Virus record (IMG/VR): IMGVR_UViG_3300045594_000116
Span: 1 to 64,000 of that record
Source: a virus
Taxonomy: Duplodnaviria; Caudoviricetes
Reading direction: 5' to 3' (one strand)
DNA length: 64,000 bases
Shown: positions 1 to 10,452 of the stretch, one piece after another
Position numbering within the stretch: position 1 is the stretch's first letter
Layout of the letters: every line of letters starts with the position of its first letter
The notes under the pieces: generated by a model
The model's database searches: none
What the model saw: the letters and a program-made list of their open reading frames with translations, nothing else
What the model was told of the DNA's origin: nothing
Program-made: the position numbers and the translations under genes

Positions 1-3000
1 TATTTCTTCATCGGTTAAATCCTTGAGTTGCTTTTCTACGACATTACCTATGCCGAATTTGTCAGAACTAGACCAGTGATCATCCTTAAATACCTGGCCG
101 GGTTTTGATTTCATTCTATTGTTTTCGTAATTCGTATAATCCGTGAAATTATCTGCACCCGAGATATTATCTTTATCTATATACTGTTTAATTGCCGTCC
201 AATTTGCATCAAGCATAGATGCTGATGCATCTCGTATTGGAGTGCCATCCGGTAATACTTCTGTTGATGCTAAATGCATATCTGTATATGTTCTATCATC
301 ATTTATTATGTTTCCATACGGAACACAAAAATACTGATCATCAGACCAATGCGACTTATTAATCCAGATACTGTAATTATATACAGGATTTTTGGAACTG
401 CAATAGAATTTAAACTTCGCGGCATCGGCTCCAAAGACATCTGCACGCTTCTTTAACTCATCCCATGCTAGATCAACCTCACGAACATTAGCTCTATTTC
501 TATAGCTGGAGTCATCATATATGCTGTACTCCGGGCTGAATGAAGCTTGTGGCGAATGTACTAAAGTAGTAGTATATGTGCTAAACGTAAAAGTATCACT
601 GCTTGATCCAACGTTTACATATTGTTTATCAGTATATATAGCCTTCTCCAAAGCATTAAAAAGCACATCGTCTTTTGCAACTTGAGCGATTCTTTCTTTA
701 TGGATCTCATACGTTGGAGAGTAACTTGCATTATCTCCAAATACCTTACGATATGATCTTACCTGAGTCCAATATTTTGAAATATCTGCATCTGTCAACT
801 CAGACATTATGACTGTTTTTGGATATTCAAATGTCTCAGATGCAGTAGTATGTGTATCATGGTACTTAGCATAATTGCTAGCAGTCGCCTGTGTTGCTGC
901 TACATAGTCAGTATAAGTAGCATAATTTACAGCATCTGGACCAAATACATCTGTATTCCCACGGATGGCAAGCCAGTTACTATCTTTATCGGCTTGTGCC
1001 ATGTCACTGTATTTAACAGTTTTACTTACCGTAGTTATCACGGTCTTCTTATTTGCATCTACTCCAATAGTTGGAGTTGATAACTTAGTAAGATTGGCTG
1101 GATTCAGAGCAGTCAAGTTAGCAACATCATTCGTTGCATATACCTCATCCATGTTTGTGCCAGAGATCATAACAGCATCGACGAACTTCGGTGCTCCATT
1201 TCCCCAGTAATTCTCTATCCAAAGAGATTCGACAGCATCATTGCCTGTAGCAGTACCATCGTTGTTCAAGATCTCATCAGATCTTCCAGATGACATAGCG
1301 GTGGCAGAACCAACTCCGACTGTATTTCTTACATCAATGCTTCCGTACTTAACGGTCATAAGCATAAGAAGAGTGCAGTAAGTTGCGTAGTCTAATACAT
1401 ACTGTCCTTTTGCTCTAGCTGCGCTTCTCATCTGGTCAAGCGTTACACCCGTAAGAGGAGTAGAGTTAGGTATAGACATATAGGAACTATCGACTGGATA
1501 TTTACCGATACGAATAGCAGTATAAGTTTTAGATCCACGAGTAAATGCAGGAGATAATGCTCCTGACGTTTTATTAGTAGAATCCATTGTTTTAAAATGC
1601 TCTGTTCCATCCGCATCTTGTGTACGTTCTACAAAGCATCTATTGAATTCGACCATGATATCACAATCTTTTGCTGCTATAGCATCATTGAATCCCTGAT
1701 AGTCTGAATCTTTATATGCCACAACTTCACGTTTCTTCTTAGTAGCATTATATTTAGTAGCACATAATCTCAAGTGATACTGTTGTGTATCTATGAAATC
1801 ATCTACGCCTTTCTCTGCATAGGTAGATCTACCGAACTTGTAAGAAGCAGTTTCAGCCTCCCTAGTAACAACCCCGACAGGACTTATGCTGATTCCGGCT
1901 ACAACAGACTGATAGTTTGCTACCATGACATCGAATACCAAATCATGCTTCAGATACTGTACCGCAGCCATAGAGAAGTCAAGATCATGTGTCATATTGA
2001 ATCTAGGAATGGTAAAGTCAAAGAATGTATCCCAAGACAACTCCCAATTACCAGTAATCTCAATATTGATGCCCTTACTTTCTCCCTTTTCATCAAACTG
2101 ATCATCAGGGTAATATCCATTATTATTCTTGGAAATGAGATCATCCAAGTATATAATACTTCTCTCCCCAGTCAGATGAGCTTCCTGATCAGAAACGGTA
2201 TTGAAAGTCTTCATCAACTTGTTCATTCCAGGTTTCTTGAATGCACCTTCATCGAAATCCTGTCCAATTACATAAAAAGAAAAATGAAGATACTTAGTCT
2301 TCAATGTCTTATATGGAAGAGCCTTAAAGTCGAATGCTATATTAGGACAATTCTTAATTAGAATAGGGTAGAAATGATTATAGTAATCCCATAAGCTCAT
2401 GTATCCTTCCGGCAATACACCCTCGAACTGAGTCTCTCCGAAATTTACAGAGCATGAGATCGTGCCGGTAAAAGCTCCTACGTCATGAATGATGAAATAC
2501 ATCATATCATTAGCTTGCTTAAACTTGATAGCATCAGTCTTGATAACGCACATCAGAATTTTGTCCATATAAATAGACATACTCTGATTTTCTAAGTCGA
2601 ATCCGATGCCGATAATCTTCTCCTGATCCATTGCTATTGGAGAAAGCATATTCTTGATGTAATGCTCATATGGAACACGATCAGATATTTCTTTATATGA
2701 GTACCGATATTGCTTACCATGATACAATGGCATCATGAATGATTTAGACATAATTGTTCCTTGGGAATTGGCCAAGCCAACAGCAATAGGAATACCTACT
2801 ACATCTTTCCCAAGGGTACCATTCTTAACACGGCATTCCAGATACACTTTAGTATAATAAGGAATACCTTTGTTAGAAGCTACAATACAGCCATCGTCAT
2901 CGTAATTAGAACTATCTTTATGATCGATAGTAAAATTAAGATTAGTTGAATCTCTATACTTAGCAGTTCTAGATACTGTATACAATGGAACCGTATCACC

Positions 3001-3717
3001 AAGTTCATGATCTGAACTCATACTGAGGTCAAATCCAATACTAGTGCCATTGATGGTTGGTGTATCATTAACTACATTGAACTTGAAGTCTATGGTAGAT
3101 ACAGACGATATACGTCTATAATAGTATCCATATATGGAGTATGCTTTCGGTGGTATATTCACTATACCAGCTTTACCAAAGTTAATATGACCTTTGATAG
3201 CAGCTTGAGCACTAGTGTAAATACATGGGAAATACCTATCATCATTCAGATTGAAATGCGATGGTGAAAAGCTATACAGAATATGGCCTTCATTATAGAT
3301 CGTAATAGTATTGCAAGTAGAATCAATCAATACCCCTACTGCATCTGTAATTGCAGGAATTCTGTAATGAATTTTATCAGGTACGCGATGCTCGTTATCA
3401 CGCTCAGCTTTATACTGATCTATGATATCAAAATCCTTGCCCTCTTCATAGTAAATAGAGCCTATGCAGCAATCAGCATTCAATACGCCAAAGCTTGGCT
3501 CTTTATGGACACCCACATACAGTGGGATGTTTCTTATTACCTGTATAGCGTTATAACTTGTAACGGTAAATTCAAAGTAGATTCTACCATCTCTAGGAAC
3601 AGCTTTGTTACAGATAAGAAGAGCAACTTCATTCAAAGAAAAGTTGAGTCCATCATTGCATAATGTCTCTTTCGGTAAGGCATCTATGTCATATGGACAC
3701 ATATATACTTTTTCCAA
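1..3717 (-). CDS. Large tail fibre/receptor-binding-like protein with N-terminal SPRY/B30.2-like domains; runs off the left window edge
   Basis: Absent from the ORF track, consistent with no stop inside the window. TTG at 3715-3717 after GAGGAGG. Hand translation gives MEKVYMCPYDID...GRIYFEFTV...VGVH...DAVGVLID...TITIYNEG (SPRY-like) and later DIMVEF...SPAF...IRIGKY...TLDQMRSAARAKG...LLMLMTVKYG (common phage tail-fibre domain). Same frame is open at positions 1-90. Confidence 0.75.
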   Translation of the reverse strand, partial: MEKVYMCPYDIDALPKETLCNDGLNFSLNEVALLICNKAVPRDGRIYFEFTVTSYNAIQVIRNIPLYVGVHKEPSFGVLNADCCIGSIYYEEGKDFDIIDQYKAERDNEHRVPDKIHYRIPAITDAVGVLIDSTCNTITIYNEGHILYSFSPSHFNLNDDRYFPCIYTSAQAAIKGHINFGKAGIVNIPPKAYSIYGYYYRRISSVSTIDFKFNVVNDTPTINGTSIGFDLSMSSDHELGDTVPLYTVSRTAKYRDSTNLNFTIDHKDSSNYDDDGCIVASNKGIPYYTKVYLECRVKNGTLGKDVVGIPIAVGLANSQGTIMSKSFMMPLYHGKQYRYSYKEISDRVPYEHYIKNMLSPIAMDQEKIIGIGFDLENQSMSIYMDKILMCVIKTDAIKFKQANDMMYFIIHDVGAFTGTISCSVNFGETQFEGVLPEGYMSLWDYYNHFYPILIKNCPNIAFDFKALPYKTLKTKYLHFSFYVIGQDFDEGAFKKPGMNKLMKTFNTVSDQEAHLTGERSIIYLDDLISKNNNGYYPDDQFDEKGESKGINIEITGNWELSWDTFFDFTIPRFNMTHDLDFSMAAVQYLKHDLVFDVMVANYQSVVAGISISPVGVVTREAETASYKFGRSTYAEKGVDDFIDTQQYHLRLCATKYNATKKKREVVAYKDSDYQGFNDAIAAKDCDIMVEFNRCFVERTQDADGTEHFKTMDSTNKTSGALSPAFTRGSKTYTAIRIGKYPVDSSYMSIPNSTPLTGVTLDQMRSAARAKGQYVLDYATYCTLLMLMTVKYGSIDVRNTVGVGSATAMSSGRSDEILNNDGTATGNDAVESLWIENYWGNGAPKFVDAVMISGTNMDEVYATNDVANLTALNPANLTKLSTPTIGVDANKKTVITTVSKTVKYSDMAQADKDSNWLAIRGNTDVFGPDAVNYATYTDYVAATQATASNYAKYHDTHTTASETFEYPKTVIMSELTDADISKYWTQVRSYRKVFGDNASYSPTYEIHKERIAQVAKDDVLFNALEKAIYTDKQYVNVGSSSDTFTFSTYTTTLVHSPQASFSPEYSIYDDSSYRNRANVREVDLAWDELKKRADVFGADAAKFKFYCSSKNPVYNYSIWINKSHWSDDQYFCVPYGNIINDDRTYTDMHLASTEVLPDGTPIRDASASMLDANWTAIKQYIDKDNISGADNFTDYTNYENNRMKSKPGQVFKDDHWSSSDKFGIGNVVEKQLKDLTDEEI

Positions 3718-3752
3718 TTGTTACGACCTCCTCTCGATTATTCAAATGTCGG

Positions 3753-4073
3753 CTACCCTTTCGATCTCAGTAGGTAATTTATATAGTCTGCTAATACCCA
3801 AACTCCAGACTTTAGATTACCATACGGTAATAGATTTATCTTAACTCCAACAGGAAACTCATACGATACCTGCGCAGGATTAGAAACTATCTGTTGCATA
3901 AGCCAATTTAATTCTCCCTCATTAGGAAAATTAGCAGGGGCATTATCGAAATCTATCGTTACCATCTTAGATTCATCTATTCTATTCCCGAATGAATCTG
4001 TAAGTATTATCCTTCCAGATTTAAATCCTGATCTGGAGACATATGTGTTTTCAACTATTTGCAATCTACTCAC
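3753..4073 (-). CDS. Hypothetical protein (106 aa)
   Basis: ORF overlapping the stop of the upstream rSAM gene by 4 bp; AAGGAG upstream. Confidence 0.7.
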   Translation of the reverse strand: MSRLQIVENTYVSRSGFKSGRIILTDSFGNRIDESKMVTIDFDNAPANFPNEGELNWLMQQIVSNPAQVSYEFPVGVKINLLPYGNLKSGVWVLADYINYLLRSKG

Positions 4074-5245
4074 TCCTTATAAGGAAGATTCGTAGGAATA
4101 TCAAAGTTATACTCTTTCCATTCTTTAACGTAGGTATAAGCTCTTTTGGCCTTCTCTTCTTGAGAAGGCTGCTTTCCTTTGCTAAAGTTCTTGAATAAGA
4201 GACGTTCTAAGTCTCTCATCTCACATGCCTGCATAAGTTTATCAGCCATATTCTTCCTACGATACAATGTAACAGCAGGGCATTCAAAGCAATGATAATT
4301 GGCACAATATTTGTTACAAGTAGCGGGCTGCTTGTATATATCGATGAACTCTTTGATCTTATCTTTATAGAATCCATTATAGATATCTCCTACATAGAAT
4401 TCACAATCGTTATAAATTCCATCATGTGAGAAGTATCCACATGGAGCTATCTTTCCATCATTCTCTATATAAAGCATTCTACCAAGATGCCTACAAGATA
4501 TAGACCTAAGTCTATCTTTATCCTTCAATGTACTAGTAAAATACATAGTTTCAAAGTTAGCAAGATTTACATCTGGATGTGCTTTTAAAAGATTGCATAT
4601 CTTAGCCATCTGAATCATGTATCTATTCTGAAAGTGAGGATCATTATAATAATCACAATCAGAAAGATAATAGTATTCAATCTTTTTACACCCACAAAGA
4701 ATTGCGAATTTAACAGATGAAAATAAATCATCCACTGTATCTTCAGTAAGAGCTATACGGACTAATACATCTTTACCATACTTGCTAGTCCCGAGAGAAT
4801 GGATAATTTCATTAAAGTAATTATCTGTATACTTTGGATTCTTAGGTATTCTGGACCTAGAAGCACTATGGATTCCATCCCAAGATATCTTACATCCATA
4901 TGGATCTAATATACCATCATCCATAAGATCTATCAGTCCTGTAATGTTTGTACCATTGCTAATAGTGGTAAAGTACACCTTTGTATCAACAAACCTCTCC
5001 AGTTTTTTAATCTCTTTATATGCTTTCCTTATATCATCGCAGAAGAGAGAACTCTCTCCACCAGTAACCTTGATTTCAAATCCATCAGCAGATATAGGCA
5101 ATTTAGACAAAAAAGAAACGAGTCCACGGAAATCCGTGAACCCGTTATGCTTAGTCTTAACATCATGCTTCTGGAAACAATATTTACAATCAAGATTACA
5201 ATACTCGTTTATTTTGAAAGTAAGTGCTGTAAACTCTTTAAACAT
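4070..5245 (-). CDS. Radical SAM/SPASM-like protein 4
   Basis: CNLDCKYC motif, TGGE, SNGT, SWDG, C-terminal C...GKIAPC...CNKYCANYHCFEC...C. Start moved to MFKEF (AGGAGG upstream). Confidence 0.92.
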   Translation of the reverse strand: MFKEFTALTFKINEYCNLDCKYCFQKHDVKTKHNGFTDFRGLVSFLSKLPISADGFEIKVTGGESSLFCDDIRKAYKEIKKLERFVDTKVYFTTISNGTNITGLIDLMDDGILDPYGCKISWDGIHSASRSRIPKNPKYTDNYFNEIIHSLGTSKYGKDVLVRIALTEDTVDDLFSSVKFAILCGCKKIEYYYLSDCDYYNDPHFQNRYMIQMAKICNLLKAHPDVNLANFETMYFTSTLKDKDRLRSISCRHLGRMLYIENDGKIAPCGYFSHDGIYNDCEFYVGDIYNGFYKDKIKEFIDIYKQPATCNKYCANYHCFECPAVTLYRRKNMADKLMQACEMRDLERLLFKNFSKGKQPSQEEKAKRAYTYVKEWKEYNFDIPTNLPYKE

Positions 5246-5253
5246 GATTCCTC

Positions 5254-5457
5254 CTATTTGATTATGTCTATCCATTGTAGCACTATTACAGCTATCATAA
5301 GATAGAGCGATCCTCTCTTAATTTGTGATCCATAGACTGGACTTAGGCAAAGTAAAATCCCTATGATCAGCGATTGCCAGAACGTAACCCAATCGAGACC
5401 AAGTGTTATTACTGTTTTGCACATGTAATAAAACGTTACTGCTAATATCAAGAACAT
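5254..5457 (-). CDS. Small membrane protein (67 aa)
   Basis: Three hydrophobic stretches; AAGGAG RBS. Confidence 0.65.
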   Translation of the reverse strand: MFLILAVTFYYMCKTVITLGLDWVTFWQSLIIGILLCLSPVYGSQIKRGSLYLMIAVIVLQWIDIIK

Positions 5458-5485
5458 CTCTGTTCAACTCCTTTAGTAGGTTGTC

Positions 5486-5788
5486 TCACATGATAATTTT
5501 ACCATAGCGGCTAACGGCAATGGTAATTCCTAAGCATACCGACATGAAGAAAAGTATTACCATCAATACAAACAATGCTATCTTTTTCTTCTTTGTGAAT
5601 ACCGGCTGCATAGGTACATATGTAACTGGAGGTTCATCATCCTCGACATCCTCCATCATAGGTTGGTAAAGCCCTTTAACGTCATCAGGATGAACATGTA
5701 CAATCTCTCCAACCTGAGCTTCTCTCAAGATTCTGAAGCAATACCCTGTGATAAATCCTACTACTAATCCTATAACTCCATACATCAT
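5486..5788 (-). CDS. Small membrane protein (100 aa)
   Basis: N- and C-terminal hydrophobic segments; GGAGG RBS. Confidence 0.7.
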   Translation of the reverse strand: MMYGVIGLVVGFITGYCFRILREAQVGEIVHVHPDDVKGLYQPMMEDVEDDEPPVTYVPMQPVFTKKKKIALFVLMVILFFMSVCLGITIAVSRYGKIIM

Positions 5789-6180
5789 AATTCTTTTGCC
5801 TCCATTGTTATATTCTTCATTCCCTGCTGATTGTCAATATAGTTTCTGATATACGTCAGAACCATTTGATCCTCTATCTCTCCAGCGCAATCCACTATGA
5901 TAGATGCTTTAGTATCAGTAATGCCTTTGATACCCTTTACCTGAATCCAGTATGCCGTTCCATTCACAATAATGATTGCATGCTTCCCGATCATAAATTT
6001 ACGTATGATCGCTTTGGAACTAGGTTTGTGGTAATCACCATCCGTTATCAGCACATCATCCACTAGATCAACCCTGCTAGGAAGTAACAGAGTGAATACA
6101 CTGGTGAGTGTATTATGCATTGTAGCCTCTTGCATTGGTATGATCTGATTTACCTCATTCTTAAAAAATTTCATTTTCAT
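5785..6180 (-). CDS. Hypothetical protein (131 aa)
   Basis: AAAGGAG RBS; early-like promoter just upstream. Confidence 0.7.
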   Translation of the reverse strand: MKMKFFKNEVNQIIPMQEATMHNTLTSVFTLLLPSRVDLVDDVLITDGDYHKPSSKAIIRKFMIGKHAIIIVNGTAYWIQVKGIKGITDTKASIIVDCAGEIEDQMVLTYIRNYIDNQQGMKNITMEAKEL

Positions 6181-6214
6181 TGCTCCTTTTCTTTGTAAAT
6201 ATTACTATCACCTC

Positions 6215-6223
6215 TATAATATA
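6215..6223 (-). promoter_or_regulatory. Early-like phage promoter TATATTATA-N4-TGA
   Basis: Same motif at 30564, 33526, 33876, 50191, 51067 (minus) and 60716, 61531, 63569 (plus). Confidence 0.65.
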
Positions 6224-6236
6224 TAATTCAAAATAG

Positions 6237-6260
6237 CAGGATAGCCATTTGGCTATCCTG
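6237..6260. terminator. Intrinsic terminator-like hairpin
   Basis: caggatagcc-attt-ggctatcctg, followed by a T run on the minus strand. Confidence 0.7.
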
Positions 6261-6267
6261 AATATTC

Positions 6268-7431
6268 TTACTCAATCTTACAAAAGTCCTGAAGAACTTT
6301 ATTATCATCTGAAAGAAACTTATCTACAGAATCTCTATATCTATCAACGATAGTAGCGATATTCTCAGAGTATACAGTTTTAGATTCAGCTGCTATATCT
6401 GACATTGCACAAGTATAATCATCTACAGGAACGTTCTTAATAGAAAACATATCAAGACGTCTCATACATGGAGATACATTCTTGAGTTTCAGATACTTTC
6501 TCAGGATACACAGGAAATCTGCATAGTTTCTCTTATCATAATAAGAGAGACCTCTAGCAAACTTATCGATGTCCTTGTATGCTTCCGAAATATAGTTCAT
6601 AGCATTCATTACGCCATGCATGAAATCAGTATATCTTCCACTCAGAAGATACAGATCATTCTTTTTGTCTTGCAACAGCAATACCGCAAAACTATATTTC
6701 TGATACTGATACTCATTGCCATCATTTTCGTCTTCTATCATCTTGGCATAATAGAGAAGCAGATCTACATCGGTTGTCAATGCTACGAGATTCTGCAATG
6801 AATCAGTGCACGCCTCGATGAAGCCATTATAAGCAGTATCCTTATCCGGATAGAACTTCAGGCAATCAGCCAATGCCTGCTTATTGAAAGCTATAGCTTC
6901 ATCTATCATATCTTTGGTAATCTCTTTACCAGCAAATCCATATGTGTGCATATAGATCTTCATGTGCATAGCTTTCAAGATTATATATCCAGAGAATGAT
7001 TTAACCTCTTCCTCTGTACACATTCCAAAGAAATCTAAGTATTTGTTAGTCCATTCATCGAATGTGGTATCTGTATACGACAAATTGATTATATCAGATA
7101 AGCAAATCAATCTGGTCTCATGATCATATTTATCGTTATTGAAGATCTCAATGAGTTCTTCCTTAGATTTATAGTATTCATAAATCATCTTATATTCAGT
7201 AATATATTCTGGGCATAATCTATTGACCGTTTCTTCAAGCATACCAAGATACTTGTTTGCAAAATCTAAATCTTTCTCTCTACTTCTATAGAGAAAATTC
7301 TCATATCCTATGATAGATTTAGATGCTACAGCCTTAGATACATAAGTATCTTCTAAAAGCTTTACAGCTTCCTTATACTTATCATCATCTTTTACTTTAG
7401 CGTATATACGCTCTGGCATGTAGTTAAACAC
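6268..7431 (-). CDS. Hypothetical alpha-helical protein (387 aa) in the rSAM operon
   Basis: Overlaps rSAM 3 by 8 bp; Tyr/Asp/Glu-rich helical pattern; no recognisable motif. Confidence 0.8.
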   Translation of the reverse strand: MFNYMPERIYAKVKDDDKYKEAVKLLEDTYVSKAVASKSIIGYENFLYRSREKDLDFANKYLGMLEETVNRLCPEYITEYKMIYEYYKSKEELIEIFNNDKYDHETRLICLSDIINLSYTDTTFDEWTNKYLDFFGMCTEEEVKSFSGYIILKAMHMKIYMHTYGFAGKEITKDMIDEAIAFNKQALADCLKFYPDKDTAYNGFIEACTDSLQNLVALTTDVDLLLYYAKMIEDENDGNEYQYQKYSFAVLLLQDKKNDLYLLSGRYTDFMHGVMNAMNYISEAYKDIDKFARGLSYYDKRNYADFLCILRKYLKLKNVSPCMRRLDMFSIKNVPVDDYTCAMSDIAAESKTVYSENIATIVDRYRDSVDKFLSDDNKVLQDFCKIE

Positions 7432-8509
7432 TCTTATTCACCCTCTTCATATATGATTCATATTCGACTTTACGCATTCCGCATAACTGAGCAAATTTAT
7501 ATTCATCCGTATTTCCTTTTCTGAATTTAGGAATACGGTTACATTCCACACAATGTGTATACTTACATTCTTTATGGGATAAGCATGAAGCAGTCTCTTT
7601 GCATTCTTTGCAGCTCATCTCATCTACTGCTTTTTTAATAGTGGAGATAGGATCATTGATCGAAATATCCTCATTACCATCGTATGCATATTTCCCTTTA
7701 AGGGAGAACAAACCGCATGGGAAGATATGACCATCTGGTGAGATATCGATAGACTTCATGGTCTTGTTGCTGCACCATGACTTATCTCTTATAGCGCTTT
7801 TCTTAGCATAATGAGATTCGATATGATCTAGATTGAATACAGAGAGATCTCCTCTAATTTTATAGAGATAATCAATGAATACTTCAAACTTATCTTGAAT
7901 CTCTGAGTCCCTATAATCATCATTATCCATAATGAAATAGTATTCCCAATTCTTTACACCGGCATGTGCCAGATATTCCAACGACTCAATATACACATCT
8001 CGCTCTAAGAACTCTCTAGTTATAGCAGTTCTTACATTTATATTTCTGGCTATTGGACTGGCACTGATCTTATCGATGATTTTCATATAGTCAGATTCGA
8101 TAAGAGGAGGACAATAGCAATTTTTATTACGAGTCCATCTAGATGCTAATCCATCCCAGCTAAGAGATGTTTCATTTACATCTAAGATTCCATCCTCGAT
8201 AAATTCTATAATGGAATCGATATTGGTTCCATTTGTATATAGGCCAAAATGAAGATGTGTTTCTTTAGTTCTTTCGATCTTCTTTAACCATTTGCATGCC
8301 TCAGCTATCAGTTTTGGCCTCAATGAGAGCTCCCCAGATGCGAGATTAACGATTAAGTCGTCTGCAAGGTCCAATTGCCCAAGCATGTGCAGTAAAGAGT
8401 CCCATTTACAAAAAGTTGCATCAGAGTGTCTCTGTTCATCTGTAAGAAAACAGTATGAGCATGACAAGTTACACAGATAAGACAAATGTAAGTTCAGTCG
8501 TTTAAGCAT
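7424..8509 (-). CDS. Radical SAM/SPASM-like protein 3
   Basis: CNLSCSYC, SGE, YTNGT, SWDG, DISPDGHIFPC, C-terminal Cys cluster ending HCVEC...C. Confidence 0.92.
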   Translation of the reverse strand: MLKRLNLHLSYLCNLSCSYCFLTDEQRHSDATFCKWDSLLHMLGQLDLADDLIVNLASGELSLRPKLIAEACKWLKKIERTKETHLHFGLYTNGTNIDSIIEFIEDGILDVNETSLSWDGLASRWTRNKNCYCPPLIESDYMKIIDKISASPIARNINVRTAITREFLERDVYIESLEYLAHAGVKNWEYYFIMDNDDYRDSEIQDKFEVFIDYLYKIRGDLSVFNLDHIESHYAKKSAIRDKSWCSNKTMKSIDISPDGHIFPCGLFSLKGKYAYDGNEDISINDPISTIKKAVDEMSCKECKETASCLSHKECKYTHCVECNRIPKFRKGNTDEYKFAQLCGMRKVEYESYMKRVNKSV

Positions 8510-8514
8510 TGTAT

Positions 8515-9537
8515 TCAGATCTCCCTATAATAAGATGCTAGATACTTTTTATATCTGAGTATCGTATTCGTTAATTTTTCAGTTTGCTCAGTTGATAATC
8601 CATCAATAAATTGCTTTACTGAATTATTATAAATCTCTACAGTTCTACAGGTAGATTCAAGATGATGATATTTCCAATCATCACCGAATACTTTATATCG
8701 CTCGTATCGACATCCACCATCACACATATACCAATACTTACATTGTTTACATGTAGGATCTACTGTATCAGCCTGCAGTTCATCAAGAGTAAAGTCTTTG
8801 TCTTTCTCTTGAGATAATGCAGTGCAGCAAGTCTCTCTACCCTGAGGATCTATCACCATATACTTGCCGACATCACAGCTGACAAATTTGGATTGGGAGA
8901 GGTAAGCAATTATCATATTCAAATGATTGCTATAGACTTTCTCAAGTTCAAATGTCTGTGGTAATACTTTGGCCAGAGTGCTATAATAGTCTTCGGTATA
9001 ATCAGTTCTATGAGCCAATACAAATTGCCCAGAGACACCATGCTTTTGAATATCTCTAAACCAATTATGCAAGTCTACCATTTGTTTGACGTTATCATTG
9101 CTTATTACAGTTTTGATATCGAACTTCAGTTTACCAATGCTATTGTATATATTAGCCAAAACTTTATCTGCGATTGATTTACCTTGAGTATTGATTCTAT
9201 TCTTGTTTAATCCATCCCATGACACTTGAACTTCATTCATTGGATAGTGTTTGTTAAACTCTAAGAATTCTTCCCAATTGACAGATGTAGAGGTAACGAT
9301 CTGAAATTTGATCTTGCCATAGTATTTCTTCATAACCTGTTCGATTAAATCCAGACGTACCAATGGCTCTCCTCCGAAAAAGAGAACTCTTGTAGGCTTA
9401 TGCTGCTCTATTTTATCATAGATAAGATCTAGTGTCATGGAGCTTGGCTTGTCTCTGTTTTTTATATAACAATACTGGCAACGATTTGGACAAAGCTCTG
9501 TAAGCATAAGATACATCTCGCTATACATACTATGCAC
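8515..9537 (-). CDS. Radical SAM/SPASM protein 2
   Basis: CPNRCQYC, FFGGEP, VSWDG, SCDVG...IDPQG...CC, CKQCKYWYMCDGGC...C. Confidence 0.93.
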   Translation of the reverse strand: MHSMYSEMYLMLTELCPNRCQYCYIKNRDKPSSMTLDLIYDKIEQHKPTRVLFFGGEPLVRLDLIEQVMKKYYGKIKFQIVTSTSVNWEEFLEFNKHYPMNEVQVSWDGLNKNRINTQGKSIADKVLANIYNSIGKLKFDIKTVISNDNVKQMVDLHNWFRDIQKHGVSGQFVLAHRTDYTEDYYSTLAKVLPQTFELEKVYSNHLNMIIAYLSQSKFVSCDVGKYMVIDPQGRETCCTALSQEKDKDFTLDELQADTVDPTCKQCKYWYMCDGGCRYERYKVFGDDWKYHHLESTCRTVEIYNNSVKQFIDGLSTEQTEKLTNTILRYKKYLASYYREI

Positions 9538-9588
9538 CTCCTTACAAAAAATAAGAGAGCCCGAATGAATCCGGACCCTCTGTAAAAG

Positions 9589-10452
9589 TTATACTAGTTC
9601 ACCCTTTTTTCTAAGAGCAGTTCTTAAAGACTGTATAGTTCTATATTTAGAATCTAAACGGTCAATAGATGGAATATAGTCTCTATTCTGCATAATTTTA
9701 AATATTTCTACGTCAGTATAGCCTTGCATGATGGCATACTTTATATCTTCTTTTTGCTCTTTGCTATAGGCATGCTTCTTACTACTTCTATCGAAATTAT
9801 ATTGAGAAGTAATTTCTTTCCATGTATATCCTCCACGTATATCTCGTAAAAGAGTATGATTAGCATTATCTATTTTCATCCCATTTTCTTTAAGAATTTG
9901 GGTATTGGATTTTCCAGCTTCAAACTCTTTGCAAAGAAAACGAACAAATTTCTCGTTAACTATTGGGCGGCCATGCTCCACCAAATGATTAACATTTGCT
10001 AAAAACTCCATAGCATGATGATTATTGCATACAGAACTAATCCATTCTAGATTCCATATAGCATTATTAGCATGATTGCCATCTATATGATTTACTTGCA
10101 TTTTTCTAAAATTAGCCGGAGGATTGCCAAATTGAAATGCCACTAATCTATGAATTAAGAAAGGATACTGAGTTCCATCTTCTCTAGTAAGAGTTACTGA
10201 ATAGTACCCTTGATTCATAAGAGCGGGCCTGACCATTCTTCTTGTTTTAAGATTTAGTACCAATCCACTTGAGCTTATCCAGTAATTATATTTTCTTACA
10301 GTTGGATAGGTTATCATAGTACCAGCATAAAATGCTTCTCCTCGCACCGTAGAATACTCGACAGATTGAGGAGTCTGCACAAGAAGCTCTTTTCTTTCCT
10401 CGTTCATTTCAGCAATAGTCGGAACTAATCTCATAACTTGTTTTTTCTGCAT
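9589..10452 (-). CDS. Free-standing HNH homing endonuclease (NUMOD4/HNH_3-like)
   Basis: YWISSSG...GYYSV...IHRLVA...VNHIDGNHANNAIWNLEW; start at MQKK after GAAAGGTG. Confidence 0.9.
   Translation of the reverse strand: MQKKQVMRLVPTIAEMNEERKELLVQTPQSVEYSTVRGEAFYAGTMITYPTVRKYNYWISSSGLVLNLKTRRMVRPALMNQGYYSVTLTREDGTQYPFLIHRLVAFQFGNPPANFRKMQVNHIDGNHANNAIWNLEWISSVCNNHHAMEFLANVNHLVEHGRPIVNEKFVRFLCKEFEAGKSNTQILKENGMKIDNANHTLLRDIRGGYTWKEITSQYNFDRSSKKHAYSKEQKEDIKYAIMQGYTDVEIFKIMQNRDYIPSIDRLDSKYRTIQSLRTALRKKGELV

Noticed and set aside
143-3844. Several short plus-strand ORFs
   Set aside because: Antisense to the long minus-strand fibre gene
9589-10452. HNH acting as the homing endonuclease for the RNAP introns
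   Set aside because: About 21 kb away, with no sequence evidence linking them
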